64,000 nucleotides of DNA from Terriglobia bacterium (GTDB lineage Bacteria; Acidobacteriota; Terriglobia; Terriglobales; Acidobacteriaceae): positions 2,865,743 to 2,929,742 of the forward strand of contig CAWGHY010000002.1 of the NCBI GenBank assembly GCA_963822555.1, read 5' to 3'. The translations under genes were made by a program, and so were the position numbers. Every line of letters starts with the position of its first letter. Position 1 is the first letter of the stretch. Positions 1 through 8,577 of the stretch are shown here, in pieces. The notes below the pieces were generated by a model, which saw nothing but the letters and a program-made list of their open reading frames with translations, ran no database searches and was not told the origin of the DNA.

Positions 1-81
1 CCAGGGAGAGAACCAGCCCGTGCTGGCCTCCGTCCCGAATGAACCGCCTGTAGGAACCGTGACCACTTACAGGAGGCTTTC

Positions 82-1056
82 ATGAACTGCGCCAACCATC
101 CCGACGTCGAGAAGGTGGCATTTTGCCGCACCTGCGGAAAACCGCTGTGTGCCAACTGCACCCGTTCGGTGAACGGAGTGATTTATTGCGAGAGCTGTCT
201 GGCAGCGCGCCTCGAAGGCTTGCCGCCGAACGTGGCGCAACCCGTCGCCGGATTCGTTCCGGCGAACCCAACCGCGGTCCCGGTGGCGGGCGGCGGTCCG
301 AATCCCGCTTTGGCGGGTGTGCTGGCCGGATTCTTTCCCTTTGGCGTGGGCGCTGTCTACACCGGCCAATACGCCAAGGGCTTGGCCCACCTGGTGATCT
401 TCACCCTGCTTGTCCTGGGGGCGAGCAGCGGAAGCGAAGCCATGGGCACGGTCTTCGGGCTGGCCATCGCGGGTTTCTACTTCTACCAGATCATCGATTC
501 GGTGCGGACCGCCCGGGCGCTCCAACTGGGACAGGCACCGCCCGATCCATTCGGATTGGGAACAACTTTCAGCGGCGACGAGCGGGTGGACGTAAGTAAA
601 GCTCCCATCGGCGCGCTCATTCTTATCGGTCTGGGCGTAATCTTCCTGCTACACACGCTCGACATCTGGGACTTCAGCGCACATCGCATCTGGCCGCTTA
701 TTCTTATCGGCATCGGCGCATGGCTGCTGGTGCGCCGGTTGGGCCTGGTCGGGGAAGTTCCGTCTGGATTTGACCGCGTCCGCAGTATCAGGCGCGGATT
801 GATGGGACCGGCAATCCTACTGACCTTAGGATTCCAGTTCCTGCTCGACAGCATGGGCGTAGTCCGGTTCGGCCGCACCTTGCCGTTGCTTCTGGTGGTG
901 ATCGGACTGGTCAAGATTTTCCAGAGCACGGCTGGACCCGACCCGCTCGCCGGACCGCCATCCTCAGGGCCGGGTGCAACACCGCCGTCCGGATTTGCCA
1001 CCGGCGACGTTCAGCCGCAATATCCCGAGGTAAAACCCGAGGTGAAAAATGGCTAG
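82..1056 (+). CDS. Membrane protein with N-terminal B-box-type zinc ribbon and LiaF/YvqF-like transmembrane region
   Basis: 324-aa ORF with AGGAGG 5 nt upstream of the ATG. The N-terminus CANHPDVEKVAFCRTCGKPLCANC...YCESC carries paired CxxC motifs. Several hydrophobic helices are present (IGALILIGLGVIFLLHTL, IWPLILIGIGAWLLV), followed by a Pro/Gly-rich tail. Confidence 0.8.
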   Translation: MNCANHPDVEKVAFCRTCGKPLCANCTRSVNGVIYCESCLAARLEGLPPNVAQPVAGFVPANPTAVPVAGGGPNPALAGVLAGFFPFGVGAVYTGQYAKGLAHLVIFTLLVLGASSGSEAMGTVFGLAIAGFYFYQIIDSVRTARALQLGQAPPDPFGLGTTFSGDERVDVSKAPIGALILIGLGVIFLLHTLDIWDFSAHRIWPLILIGIGAWLLVRRLGLVGEVPSGFDRVRSIRRGLMGPAILLTLGFQFLLDSMGVVRFGRTLPLLLVVIGLVKIFQSTAGPDPLAGPPSSGPGATPPSGFATGDVQPQYPEVKPEVKNG

Positions 1057-2527
1057 CTCAGTACAAGCTCCGCCCCCAATGCAGCAGCCACCCTTTCAAC
1101 CCCGAAGACCGCGGCGTTCCGTGGCCGGTCCTGTAGTGCTGATTTTGCTGGGCGTGGTGCTGCTGCTCACCACCATGCACGTGCTGCGGCCCGAGCCGCT
1201 GCTGCATTGGTTTGGAACCTACTGGCCGGCTCTCATCATCCTCTGGGGCATCATCAAGCTGGCCGAGTATCAGCAGGCTCAAAAAGAAGGCACACGCCCT
1301 GCGGGCATCGGCGCCGGCGGGGTCGTGCTGCTGATTTTCCTCATTGTTTTCGGGCTGTCGGCCACCCAGGCTTCTCGCTTCAACTGGGATGAGATTCGCG
1401 ATCACATCAACCTGGGCGATGACGATCTGGCCTTCTTCGGACACAACTACAGCTTTGACGACCAGTTGCAGCAGGATTTTCCCGTGGGTGGCAGCTTGCG
1501 CATTACAAATGATCGGGGCGCGGTGAATCTGACGGCATCGGAGGACAACCAGATTCACGTCGCCGCGCACAAGCGCATCAATGCCGATAGCCAGGGAGAA
1601 GCCGACAAGATCAATCCCTCAACCAAGCCGCAACTGAGCGTTACCGGCAATGTCATTACGTTGAATGCGAACACGCACGGAGCCGGGGATCGCGCGGTCA
1701 CCACCGATCTCGATGTCAGCGTCCCGCGCAAGGCAATGGTTGTAATTTCCACGCGGCGCGGAGATGTGAGCGTCGTAGGCCGCGACGGTGATGTTGAAAT
1801 TGCGGCTCAGCACAGTGACGTCGCAGCCTCCGATATCCACGGCAAGATGAGTGTTAACCTCTCGGGCGGATCGGCTCGTATTTCGGATGTCACCGGCGAT
1901 GTGTCCATTCAGGGACGCGCGGAAGATATTTCCCTGGCTGACGTAAAAGGTTCGGCGCGGGTTGACGGGGAATTCGACTCGATCAAACTCGGCAAGATCA
2001 CCGGATCAGTCGGCTTCAAGTCGGCGCGCACCGACATGGAATTTGCCAAACTGAACGGCGATCTCGACATGGATTCAGGCGACCTGCGTGGCAACGATTT
2101 GGTCGGCCCCTTTCGTCTACTGACCCGCTCGAAAGATGTCCGCCTGAACGGAGTCGACGGCGACGTCCGGTTGCAGAATGAAAATGGGGCAGTAGAGATT
2201 CATATGAGTAAGCTCGGCAATATGCAGTTGAGCAACCGCAACAGCGACGTCCAGATCTACATTCCCGACAAGGCGAGCTTCCAGCTCGATGCCCACGCCC
2301 GCGGCGGCGAAATCGAATCGGACTTCAGCGACCTGAAGGTAGATAACGGCGACGATCAGGCCAGCGCCACCGGCACGGTTGGCGCGGGCGGCCCGCACGT
2401 GGTCATCAACAACGAGCACGGAGGGATCGAGCTGCGCAAGGGATCGGCAATCGCAGAAGCGCCCGTGCCCCCGAAGCCACCCCGGGCGCCGTCGGCTCCC
2501 AAGGTGCCTGTGCCCACCGAAAACTAA
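1049..2527 (+). CDS. Membrane-anchored beta-strand-repeat protein (DUF4097 / LiaF C-terminal-like)
   Basis: 492-aa ORF overlapping the upstream gene by 8 nt. N-terminal TM helices (VVLILLGVVLLLTT, YWPALIILWGIIKLAEY) are followed by about 330 aa of recurring GDV-x-V/I strand units (GDVSVVGRDGDVEIAAQHSDVAASDIHG..., GDVSIQGRAEDISLADVKG...). Confidence 0.8.
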   Translation: MASSVQAPPPMQQPPFQPRRPRRSVAGPVVLILLGVVLLLTTMHVLRPEPLLHWFGTYWPALIILWGIIKLAEYQQAQKEGTRPAGIGAGGVVLLIFLIVFGLSATQASRFNWDEIRDHINLGDDDLAFFGHNYSFDDQLQQDFPVGGSLRITNDRGAVNLTASEDNQIHVAAHKRINADSQGEADKINPSTKPQLSVTGNVITLNANTHGAGDRAVTTDLDVSVPRKAMVVISTRRGDVSVVGRDGDVEIAAQHSDVAASDIHGKMSVNLSGGSARISDVTGDVSIQGRAEDISLADVKGSARVDGEFDSIKLGKITGSVGFKSARTDMEFAKLNGDLDMDSGDLRGNDLVGPFRLLTRSKDVRLNGVDGDVRLQNENGAVEIHMSKLGNMQLSNRNSDVQIYIPDKASFQLDAHARGGEIESDFSDLKVDNGDDQASATGTVGAGGPHVVINNEHGGIELRKGSAIAEAPVPPKPPRAPSAPKVPVPTEN

Positions 2528-2543
2528 ACACGAGATGATGTAG

Positions 2544-2585
2544 GACGGGCGTCTCGCCCGTCACGGCCGGGCGGGACGCCCGGCC
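2544..2585. repeat. Two tandem GC-rich stem-loops (GACGGGCG-tct-CGCCCGTC and GGCCGGGCG-gga-CGCCCGGCC)
   Basis: Perfect 8-bp and 9-bp stems read directly, 17 nt after the stop of the upstream gene. Member of a hairpin family recurring at 23775, 27581, 48750-48817 and 13966. Confidence 0.7.
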
Positions 2586-2641
2586 TCCATCTTCACCAAA
2601 GCCCACCTCCGTGTTATGTTCAATCTCTTTCTGATCTGACC

Positions 2642-3154
2642 ATGATTCGTTCATACAAAGGGGTTACGCCCACAATTCCGAAGTCCTGCTACGTCGATGA
2701 TTCGGCGCAGATCATCGGCGACGTCGTTCTCGGCGAGCACGCCAGCATCTGGATGAATGCCGTGTTGCGCGGCGACGTGCACTCGATCCGTGTGGGAGCG
2801 CATTCGAATGTGCAGGATCTAAGCGTTCTGCACGGGATGAAAGAAAAATACGGAGTTTTCCTTGGCGAGTACGTGACGGTGGGCCACTCCGTGACCCTTC
2901 ACGGCTGCACCATTGAAGACCGCTGCCTGATCGGCATGGGCTCAATCATCCTGAATGGGGCGCGGATCGGCGCGGGATCGATCATCGCCGCGGGCACACT
3001 GATTCCTGAGAAAACGATTGTCGAGCCAGGATCACTGTGGATGGGCTCTCCAGGAAAGTTGCGCCGCAAGCTGGAAGAGAAAGATCAGGAAACAATCATG
3101 CGTTACGCCAAGAATTATCTGGAATACAAAGAGTCGTATCTCGGGGAGAAGTAG
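2642..3154 (+). CDS. Gamma-class carbonic anhydrase / hexapeptide-repeat (LbH) family protein
   Basis: 170-aa ORF. The N-terminus MIRSYKGVTPTIPKSCYVDDSAQIIGDVVLGEHASIWMNAVLRGDV is typical of YrdA/PaaY-like gamma-CA proteins, with left-handed beta-helix hexapeptide periodicity. Confidence 0.88.
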   Translation: MIRSYKGVTPTIPKSCYVDDSAQIIGDVVLGEHASIWMNAVLRGDVHSIRVGAHSNVQDLSVLHGMKEKYGVFLGEYVTVGHSVTLHGCTIEDRCLIGMGSIILNGARIGAGSIIAAGTLIPEKTIVEPGSLWMGSPGKLRRKLEEKDQETIMRYAKNYLEYKESYLGEK

Positions 3155-3295
3155 AAAGAAGTCGTCGGTCGTCAGTTCTCAGCACGAACCAACTGGAACT
3201 GAGAACCGCAAGGCTGACTACTGATCTTCATTTCGTAACTAACAACAGGCATGCATCCTGCGCCGCTTCGAGAGTGCGGTTGAAACTCAGGAATG

Positions 3296-3328
3296 AAAAA
3301 ATGACCGGGGCCTTGCGGCCCCGGTTTC
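3296..3328. terminator. Bidirectional intrinsic terminator candidate
   Basis: A-tract (3296-3301), a perfect 9-bp stem ACCGGGGCC/GGCCCCGGT (3304-3312 and 3317-3325) with loop TTGC, then TTT. Lies between convergent genes. Confidence 0.6.
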
Positions 3329-3362
3329 AGTTGGTGGTTGCCCGGATAAAAATCGTGTAATG

Positions 3363-3434
3363 TGGGCGCGAGCGTCCACGCTCGTGCGGGATCGGTCTTG
3401 ACGCTCGCCCCGCGAGCGAGGGCGCTTGCGCCCA
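3363..3434. repeat. Nested GC-rich palindromic element
   Basis: Outer arms TGGGCGCGAGCG / CGCTTGCGCCCA (1 mismatch) enclose two inner hairpins (GAGCG-tcca-CGCTC and CGCTCGC-ccc-GCGAGCG). Confidence 0.6.
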
Positions 3435-3444
3435 TATTTTCTGC

Positions 3445-3984
3445 TCAGGCGCTGCGGCGCGGACGCAGGGTCAAGTCACGGACCTGCGCCAGAACACTCG
3501 ACAACTGCATCCCGTTCAGCTGCGACACGAACGGCATCAATTCCGCGATAAACTGATCTTTCATCAGTTCGCCGATTTCTTCCTGGCGGTTGCGTTCGCC
3601 GCCAGAAAGCAGATCGGGCACCGTGACTTCCAGCGCGCGGGCCAGCCGTTCCAGTGAGGAAAGGGTCGGGGTTGCTTTTTCGTTTTCGATCTTCGACACG
3701 TAGGTCCTTGGGACCGACATGCGCGCTGCCAGTTGACGCTGGCTCAGTCCGCTGCGCAAGCGCAGGGACCGGATCGAAGTCGCCAGGTTCAGATGTCCCC
3801 GGCCGTTGCCGTTGGACGGCATCATCTGCGGCGGAGGCGGGGCCATGACAACTTCCGGCTCATCCTCGTCTAACGAGGCGTGGCAGCGGCGGCAAAGATC
3901 GTTGGAAGTTCGGAACTGGACCAGCAGGCAGTGATCGCAACGAACGACTTCCCTTGAATCTACAGGTGCAAGGGTAGTGGCCAT
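3445..3984 (-). CDS. XRE-family helix-turn-helix regulator with N-terminal zinc ribbon
   Basis: 179-aa ORF. CDHC...CRRC zinc-ribbon motif at the N-terminus. HTH core LRLRSGLSQRQLAARMSVPRTYVSKIENEKATPTLSSLERLARAL is typical of the Cro/C1 (XRE) family. Confidence 0.85.
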   Translation of the reverse strand: MATTLAPVDSREVVRCDHCLLVQFRTSNDLCRRCHASLDEDEPEVVMAPPPPQMMPSNGNGRGHLNLATSIRSLRLRSGLSQRQLAARMSVPRTYVSKIENEKATPTLSSLERLARALEVTVPDLLSGGERNRQEEIGELMKDQFIAELMPFVSQLNGMQLSSVLAQVRDLTLRPRRSA

Positions 3985-4180
3985 CTAGGTGTGGGAGGGC
4001 CAGAGCGGGGCTTCTCCGGAACGAAAAACTGAAAACAAAAAACTCTTTCGTTCCAACCTGCAGCGTAATCTGAGGTACAACACCTGTGGATGTCAAGAAC
4101 ATTCCGGGGTCAAAAACAAAACGTGTCATGATAAAAGCAAAACCAGCTGGAGAAAAACCGGAGAAAACAGGTAAGAAACC

Positions 4181-4771
4181 ATGAACGATCGAGAGCAAGC
4201 GTGGGGGTTACTAACTGAGTTCACCCAATCGGAAAGTTTGCGCAAGCACGGACTGGCGGTCGAGGCCTGCATGCGGGCCTATGCACGCAAGTTTCATCCC
4301 GGCTCGGCCGATCAGGAAGAGTTGTGGAGCGTAGTCGGCCTGCTGCATGACTTCGATTACGAGAAATACCCCAGCCTCGACGACCATCCCTACAAGGGCA
4401 ATGAAATATTGAAAGAGCGCGGCTATTCGGACGAGATCCGGCGCGCCATCATGTCGCACGCCGAATACTCGGGCGTAACACGGGACTCCCAGATGGAAAA
4501 GGCCCTCTTTGCCTGCGACGAACTCGCGGGATTCATCACTGCCTGCGCGCTGGTCAAGCCGGGTAAATCGCTGGCGGAGGTGGACGCGAAGTCCGTCCGT
4601 AGAAAGATGAAAGACAAGGCCTTTGCCCGGGGCGTGAAGCGAGAGGACGTAATCAACGGCGCCGCGGACCTGGGAGTTGACCTCGAAGAACACATTGCAT
4701 TCTGCATCGAGGCCCTGAAGGAAATCGCAGACAAGCTGGGGCTAGATGGCAGCGCCGCGAAGTCGGCTTAA
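4181..4771 (+). CDS. HD-domain (HDIG-type) metal-dependent phosphohydrolase
   Basis: 196-aa ORF containing LRKHGLAVEACMR...GLLHDFDYEKY (the H...HD signature). Confidence 0.82.
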   Translation: MNDREQAWGLLTEFTQSESLRKHGLAVEACMRAYARKFHPGSADQEELWSVVGLLHDFDYEKYPSLDDHPYKGNEILKERGYSDEIRRAIMSHAEYSGVTRDSQMEKALFACDELAGFITACALVKPGKSLAEVDAKSVRRKMKDKAFARGVKREDVINGAADLGVDLEEHIAFCIEALKEIADKLGLDGSAAKSA

Positions 4772-4789
4772 GCACCGCGCCAGTGATGG

Positions 4790-6319
4790 CTACCGTAGCG
4801 CCTCTGCCACCTTCCCGCTGGCAATCAGCTCCGACACTCGGGCGAAATCCTGATACATCACCCGATCTTTATCCATGGTCGCACATACTGAGCGGATGGC
4901 TGTGTGCGCTGCCTGTCCGCGCTTCGAAGTTTTGAGCGGAGCCAGAAAATCCAGCCCTTGAGCCGCAGCCATGGCTTCGATCGCCATCGCATTGCGGGCA
5001 TTCTCGACAATGCGCTTCAGCTTCAGCGCCGCCGTCATGCCCATGGAGACATAGTCCTCTTTATTGCCCGAAGTAGTAATCGAATCCACCGAGGCGGGAT
5101 GAGCCAGCACTTTATTTTCGCTGACCAGCGAAGCCGCAGCGACTTGCGCCATCATGAACCCCGAATTCAATCCTGCGCCCGCCGCCAGAAACGGCGGCAA
5201 CCCTTCGCTCAGCGCCGGGTTCACCAGACGCTCCAGTCTTCTTTCTGAAATACCCGCTAGGGCGCTCAGAGCGATACCGAGAAAATCCAGGGCGAAGGCG
5301 AGGGGCTGACCATGGAAGTTACCTCCGGAGATGACGTCGGCTTCGTCATTTTTCGAGTTCCTAAGAAAGACCAGCGGATTGTCGACAGCTGAGTTGACTT
5401 CGATCTCAAACACTTCGCGGCAGTGCGTGAGCGTGTCGCGGACGGCGCCGTGTACTTGCGGCATGCAGCGCAGGGAGTAGGCGTCCTGCACGCGGTCGCA
5501 GTCAAGATGCGACTCACGCAGCCGGCTGCCTTCGAGCATCTTACGAAGATTGGCGGCGGTTTTGAGCTGGCCGGGATGGGGACGCGCCTGATGAATGCGT
5601 TCATCGAAGGCCACGTCCGTGCCCCGCAATGCGTCCAGCGAAAGCGCGCCGATCACATCCGCCGTATCCGCCAGGATCTCGGCCGCGAGCAACGCGAGAA
5701 TTCCGACCGCCAGCATGGCCTGGGTTCCGTTAATCAGGGAGACGGCTTCCTTGGCCTCAAGCACCAGCGACTTGATTTGGGCGCGCCGCATGGCGTCGGC
5801 GGCAGAAATGCGATTAGCTTTTTCGTCCAGACATTCGCCCTCGCCAATCAACGCCAGCGCCAGATGCGCCAGCGGAGCCAGGTCGCCACTGGCTCCGACG
5901 CTGCCTTGCGAAGGGACCATCGGGGTGACGCCGCGGTTCAGCATCTCGCAGATGGTGTCGATGACAATCGCACGCACGCCGGAGTGGCCCTTCGAAAGTG
6001 AATTCGCGCGCAACAGCATCATGGCCCGGGTTTCGGGGATGGAAAGTGGCTCGCCGATCCCGCCGGCATGAGAGCGGACCAGGTTCAGTTGAAGCTCGCG
6101 AATCTGATCGCCCGCAATGCGGACATCGGCCAGCTTGCCGACGCCCGTCGTAATTGCGTAGGAGACGCGATTCTCCGCCACCAGCGCATCCACGACGGCC
6201 CGGGCGCGGTCAACCTTCTCGCGGGCCTCAGCGACCAGCAGGACAGGACGCCGCTCGACCGCGACTTCGCGGACTTGCTCGAGAGTTAGATCGTTTCCGC
6301 TGATGTGCAAAGCGTTCAA
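4790..6319 (-). CDS. hutH: Histidine ammonia-lyase
   Basis: 509-aa ORF with the MIO-forming triad in GSVGASGDLAPLAHLA. The selectivity dipeptide Ser-His (LVRSHAGGIG) is the HAL type, not TAL/PAL. TTG start. Confidence 0.92.
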   Translation of the reverse strand: MNALHISGNDLTLEQVREVAVERRPVLLVAEAREKVDRARAVVDALVAENRVSYAITTGVGKLADVRIAGDQIRELQLNLVRSHAGGIGEPLSIPETRAMMLLRANSLSKGHSGVRAIVIDTICEMLNRGVTPMVPSQGSVGASGDLAPLAHLALALIGEGECLDEKANRISAADAMRRAQIKSLVLEAKEAVSLINGTQAMLAVGILALLAAEILADTADVIGALSLDALRGTDVAFDERIHQARPHPGQLKTAANLRKMLEGSRLRESHLDCDRVQDAYSLRCMPQVHGAVRDTLTHCREVFEIEVNSAVDNPLVFLRNSKNDEADVISGGNFHGQPLAFALDFLGIALSALAGISERRLERLVNPALSEGLPPFLAAGAGLNSGFMMAQVAAASLVSENKVLAHPASVDSITTSGNKEDYVSMGMTAALKLKRIVENARNAMAIEAMAAAQGLDFLAPLKTSKRGQAAHTAIRSVCATMDKDRVMYQDFARVSELIASGKVAEALR

Positions 6320-6323
6320 GGCA

Positions 6324-6358
6324 GTTTCCGGTTTCTGGTTTCCAGTTTCTAGTTCTCG
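6324..6358. repeat. Heptanucleotide tandem array, 5 x GTTTCYR
   Basis: gtttccg gtttctg gtttcca gtttcta gttctcg read directly. It fills the 54-nt gap between the thioesterase stop and the hutH start. Confidence 0.9.
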
Positions 6359-6373
6359 CCCAACAAATTTCTT

Positions 6374-6811
6374 TTATTTTCCTGCCGCTTGCCGAAATGC
6401 TTTCAGAATATCCGGGGGCAGCGCCGCAGGCTTCATCTTCGAGTCCAGGATCATGTGCATGGTCTCGCCTTCCGCCAGCAGAGCAGCGTCATTGACCCGC
6501 AACAGTTCGTAGCCAAAATGGATTATGGACTCGCGCACGTTGCGCAGATGAGTCCGGACGATGATCTCATCGTCGTAACGCGCCGGCGCTTTGTACCGGC
6601 AGCGTGCATCCACCACGGGAATGAAACATCCGTGGTCACGTTCCATATCGCGATAGGTGAAACCCAGCTGCCGCATGAGGTCGACGCGTCCTATTTCGAA
6701 CCAGATGAAATGATTGGCATGGTAGACCATTCCCATCTGATCGGTTTCGGCGTAGCGCACGCGCACCCGGCTCTCGGAGACTACGCCGCCATGGTTGCTT
6801 CGCGTGCTCAC
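6374..6811 (-). CDS. Acyl-CoA thioesterase, YbgC/4HBT hotdog family
   Basis: 145-aa ORF. RVRYAETDQMGMVYHANHF matches the 4HBT catalytic Asp region. Overlaps the upstream gene by 4 nt. Confidence 0.85.
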   Translation of the reverse strand: MSTRSNHGGVVSESRVRVRYAETDQMGMVYHANHFIWFEIGRVDLMRQLGFTYRDMERDHGCFIPVVDARCRYKAPARYDDEIIVRTHLRNVRESIIHFGYELLRVNDAALLAEGETMHMILDSKMKPAALPPDILKAFRQAAGK

Positions 6812-7590
6812 TTCGTACTCCAGCGCGGTTTCCGCTTCTCAAGAAACGAGGTGACGCCTTCGCGAAAGTCGGCCGTGGCACGGATGCGGGCGTTATCTTC
6901 GATCGCCTCGGCGATCTGTTGGTCAAGCTGGGCGGAAATGAATCCGTTGATCAATTTCTTGGTCGCTCGCACCGAGGACGGACTGTTCTCCATGATCTGG
7001 GACGCCAGTTCACGCGCCCGGGTTAACAGACGAGCCGGCTCGACCACTTCGTTCACCAATCCCAGGGTACGAGCCTCGGCGGCATCGATGATACGTCCGG
7101 TGAGAAGAAGGTCGCGTGCGATCTTGTGTCCCACTTGCCAGACCAGCATCGAGGAAACAATGGCAGGCACGAATCCGATGCGAACTTCGGTGTAGCCGAA
7201 CTTGGCGTCGGGCACGGCCAGAGTGAAATCGCACATGGTGGCGAATCCAGTGCCGCCCGCGATGGCAGCGCCGTTCACGGCGGCAATGGTCGGCAGCGGA
7301 AAATCGTAAATTCGGCGAAAGATACGCGCCACGCGCGATGAGTCCCGCACGTTCTCGTCGTGCGTCCTTCCCACCAGCGCCTTCAGTTCCTCAAGGTCCA
7401 TGCCCGCGCAGAAGGCCTTACCCGCGCCGGTTAGGATAACGACCTGCGCCGGCGATTTCTCAATTTCATCGAGAGCGGCCAGCAATTCTTCGAGCAGCGC
7501 GTGACTGATGGCATTGCGCTTTTCCGGACGATTAAAACTAACGGTCGCGACGCCGGAGTCAAACGCGAGGTGAATGGTTTGATAGTCCAT
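6808..7590 (-). CDS. Enoyl-CoA hydratase/isomerase (crotonase) family, candidate methylglutaconyl-CoA hydratase
   Basis: Crotonase motifs NRPEKRNA and FCAGMDL. Start placed at ATG 7590 (MDYQTIHLAF), 11 nt after the upstream gene's stop. The longer ORF-track version (to 7770) would overlap the HMG-CoA lyase gene. Confidence 0.85.
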   Translation of the reverse strand: MDYQTIHLAFDSGVATVSFNRPEKRNAISHALLEELLAALDEIEKSPAQVVILTGAGKAFCAGMDLEELKALVGRTHDENVRDSSRVARIFRRIYDFPLPTIAAVNGAAIAGGTGFATMCDFTLAVPDAKFGYTEVRIGFVPAIVSSMLVWQVGHKIARDLLLTGRIIDAAEARTLGLVNEVVEPARLLTRARELASQIMENSPSSVRATKKLINGFISAQLDQQIAEAIEDNARIRATADFREGVTSFLEKRKPRWSTK

Positions 7591-7601
7591 GGGATCGCAA
7601 G

Positions 7602-8480
7602 TCAATCGGCGGCTGCAGACTCGGTGTATTTGGCGCCCAACTCCGCGGTAATCCGCAGCAGTACGTCCAGCGATTTCAACGCGGGCAACTCCGCTCCTCT
7701 TTGTTGCAGCACTTCGATCACTTTCTCGGTCGCAACATTCCCCACCAGCGCATCTTGCGCGAACGGGCATCCGCCCAGGCCGCCCAACGCCGAGTCGAAG
7801 CGGCGGCAGCCCGCATCATACGCGGCCAACACCTTCTCCGCCGCCTGATCCGGACGGCTATGCAGATGCACCCCGATCTCCAGATAATCGAACTTTGAAT
7901 TCACCGCGGAGAATAGTTCGCGAATTTGCGCCGGCCCGGCCAGCCCAACCGTGTCAGCCAGCGAGATGGTGCGGACGCCAAGAGATTCGAGCAGGTCCAC
8001 GGCATCGACCACTTCGCCGACATTCCAGGGGTCGCCATAGGGATTGCCAAACGCCATCGAGATGTAAACCACAGTATCAAGCCCGGCCGGTTCGCCCTTG
8101 TTCGTGACCTTCTCCAACTCATCGATCGCTTCTTCCAGCGTCTGGCGCTGGTTATTCTGCAAAAATGTCGGCGAAACCGAGTACGGAAATCCCAGTGTCC
8201 GCACGGCGTGAGTGGCAATCGCTCTCTCCGCGCCTTTCTCGTTAACTACGATACCGATGATTTCAACATCATCGGGCGGGTCGAGTTCTTTCAACACTTC
8301 TTCCGAATCCGCCATCTGCGGAACGGCCTTGGGCGAAACAAATGAGACCGCATCAATGTGCTTGAAACCGGCGGCGATCAGCGCCTTCAGGTAGTCGGTC
8401 TTAATATAAGCAGGAATCCGCCCCTGCAGCCCTTGCCAGGCATCACGCGGACACTCAACGAGTTTTACGGCGTCAGACAT
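7602..8480 (-). CDS. Hydroxymethylglutaryl-CoA lyase
   Basis: VKLVECPRDAWQG at the N-terminus and a TIM-barrel HMGL-like sequence (ISLADTVGLAGPAQ, HLHSRPDQAAEKVLAAYDAGCRRFDSALGGLGGCPFA). ATG at 8480. Confidence 0.9.
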   Translation of the reverse strand: MSDAVKLVECPRDAWQGLQGRIPAYIKTDYLKALIAAGFKHIDAVSFVSPKAVPQMADSEEVLKELDPPDDVEIIGIVVNEKGAERAIATHAVRTLGFPYSVSPTFLQNNQRQTLEEAIDELEKVTNKGEPAGLDTVVYISMAFGNPYGDPWNVGEVVDAVDLLESLGVRTISLADTVGLAGPAQIRELFSAVNSKFDYLEIGVHLHSRPDQAAEKVLAAYDAGCRRFDSALGGLGGCPFAQDALVGNVATEKVIEVLQQRGAELPALKSLDVLLRITAELGAKYTESAAAD

Positions 8481-8577
8481 CTCAAATTCACGATCACCGA
8501 TCAACGCTGATCCTCGCGGATCAAATCCTAAAATATTTCTTGATTCGTGTTAATCCGCGTTAGCCCGTCGTCAGAAG

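Noticed and set aside
7591-7770. ORF-track N-terminal extension of the enoyl-CoA hydratase
   Set aside because: It would overlap the HMG-CoA lyase gene by about 170 nt. The crotonase fold begins at MDYQTIHLAF (ATG 7590).
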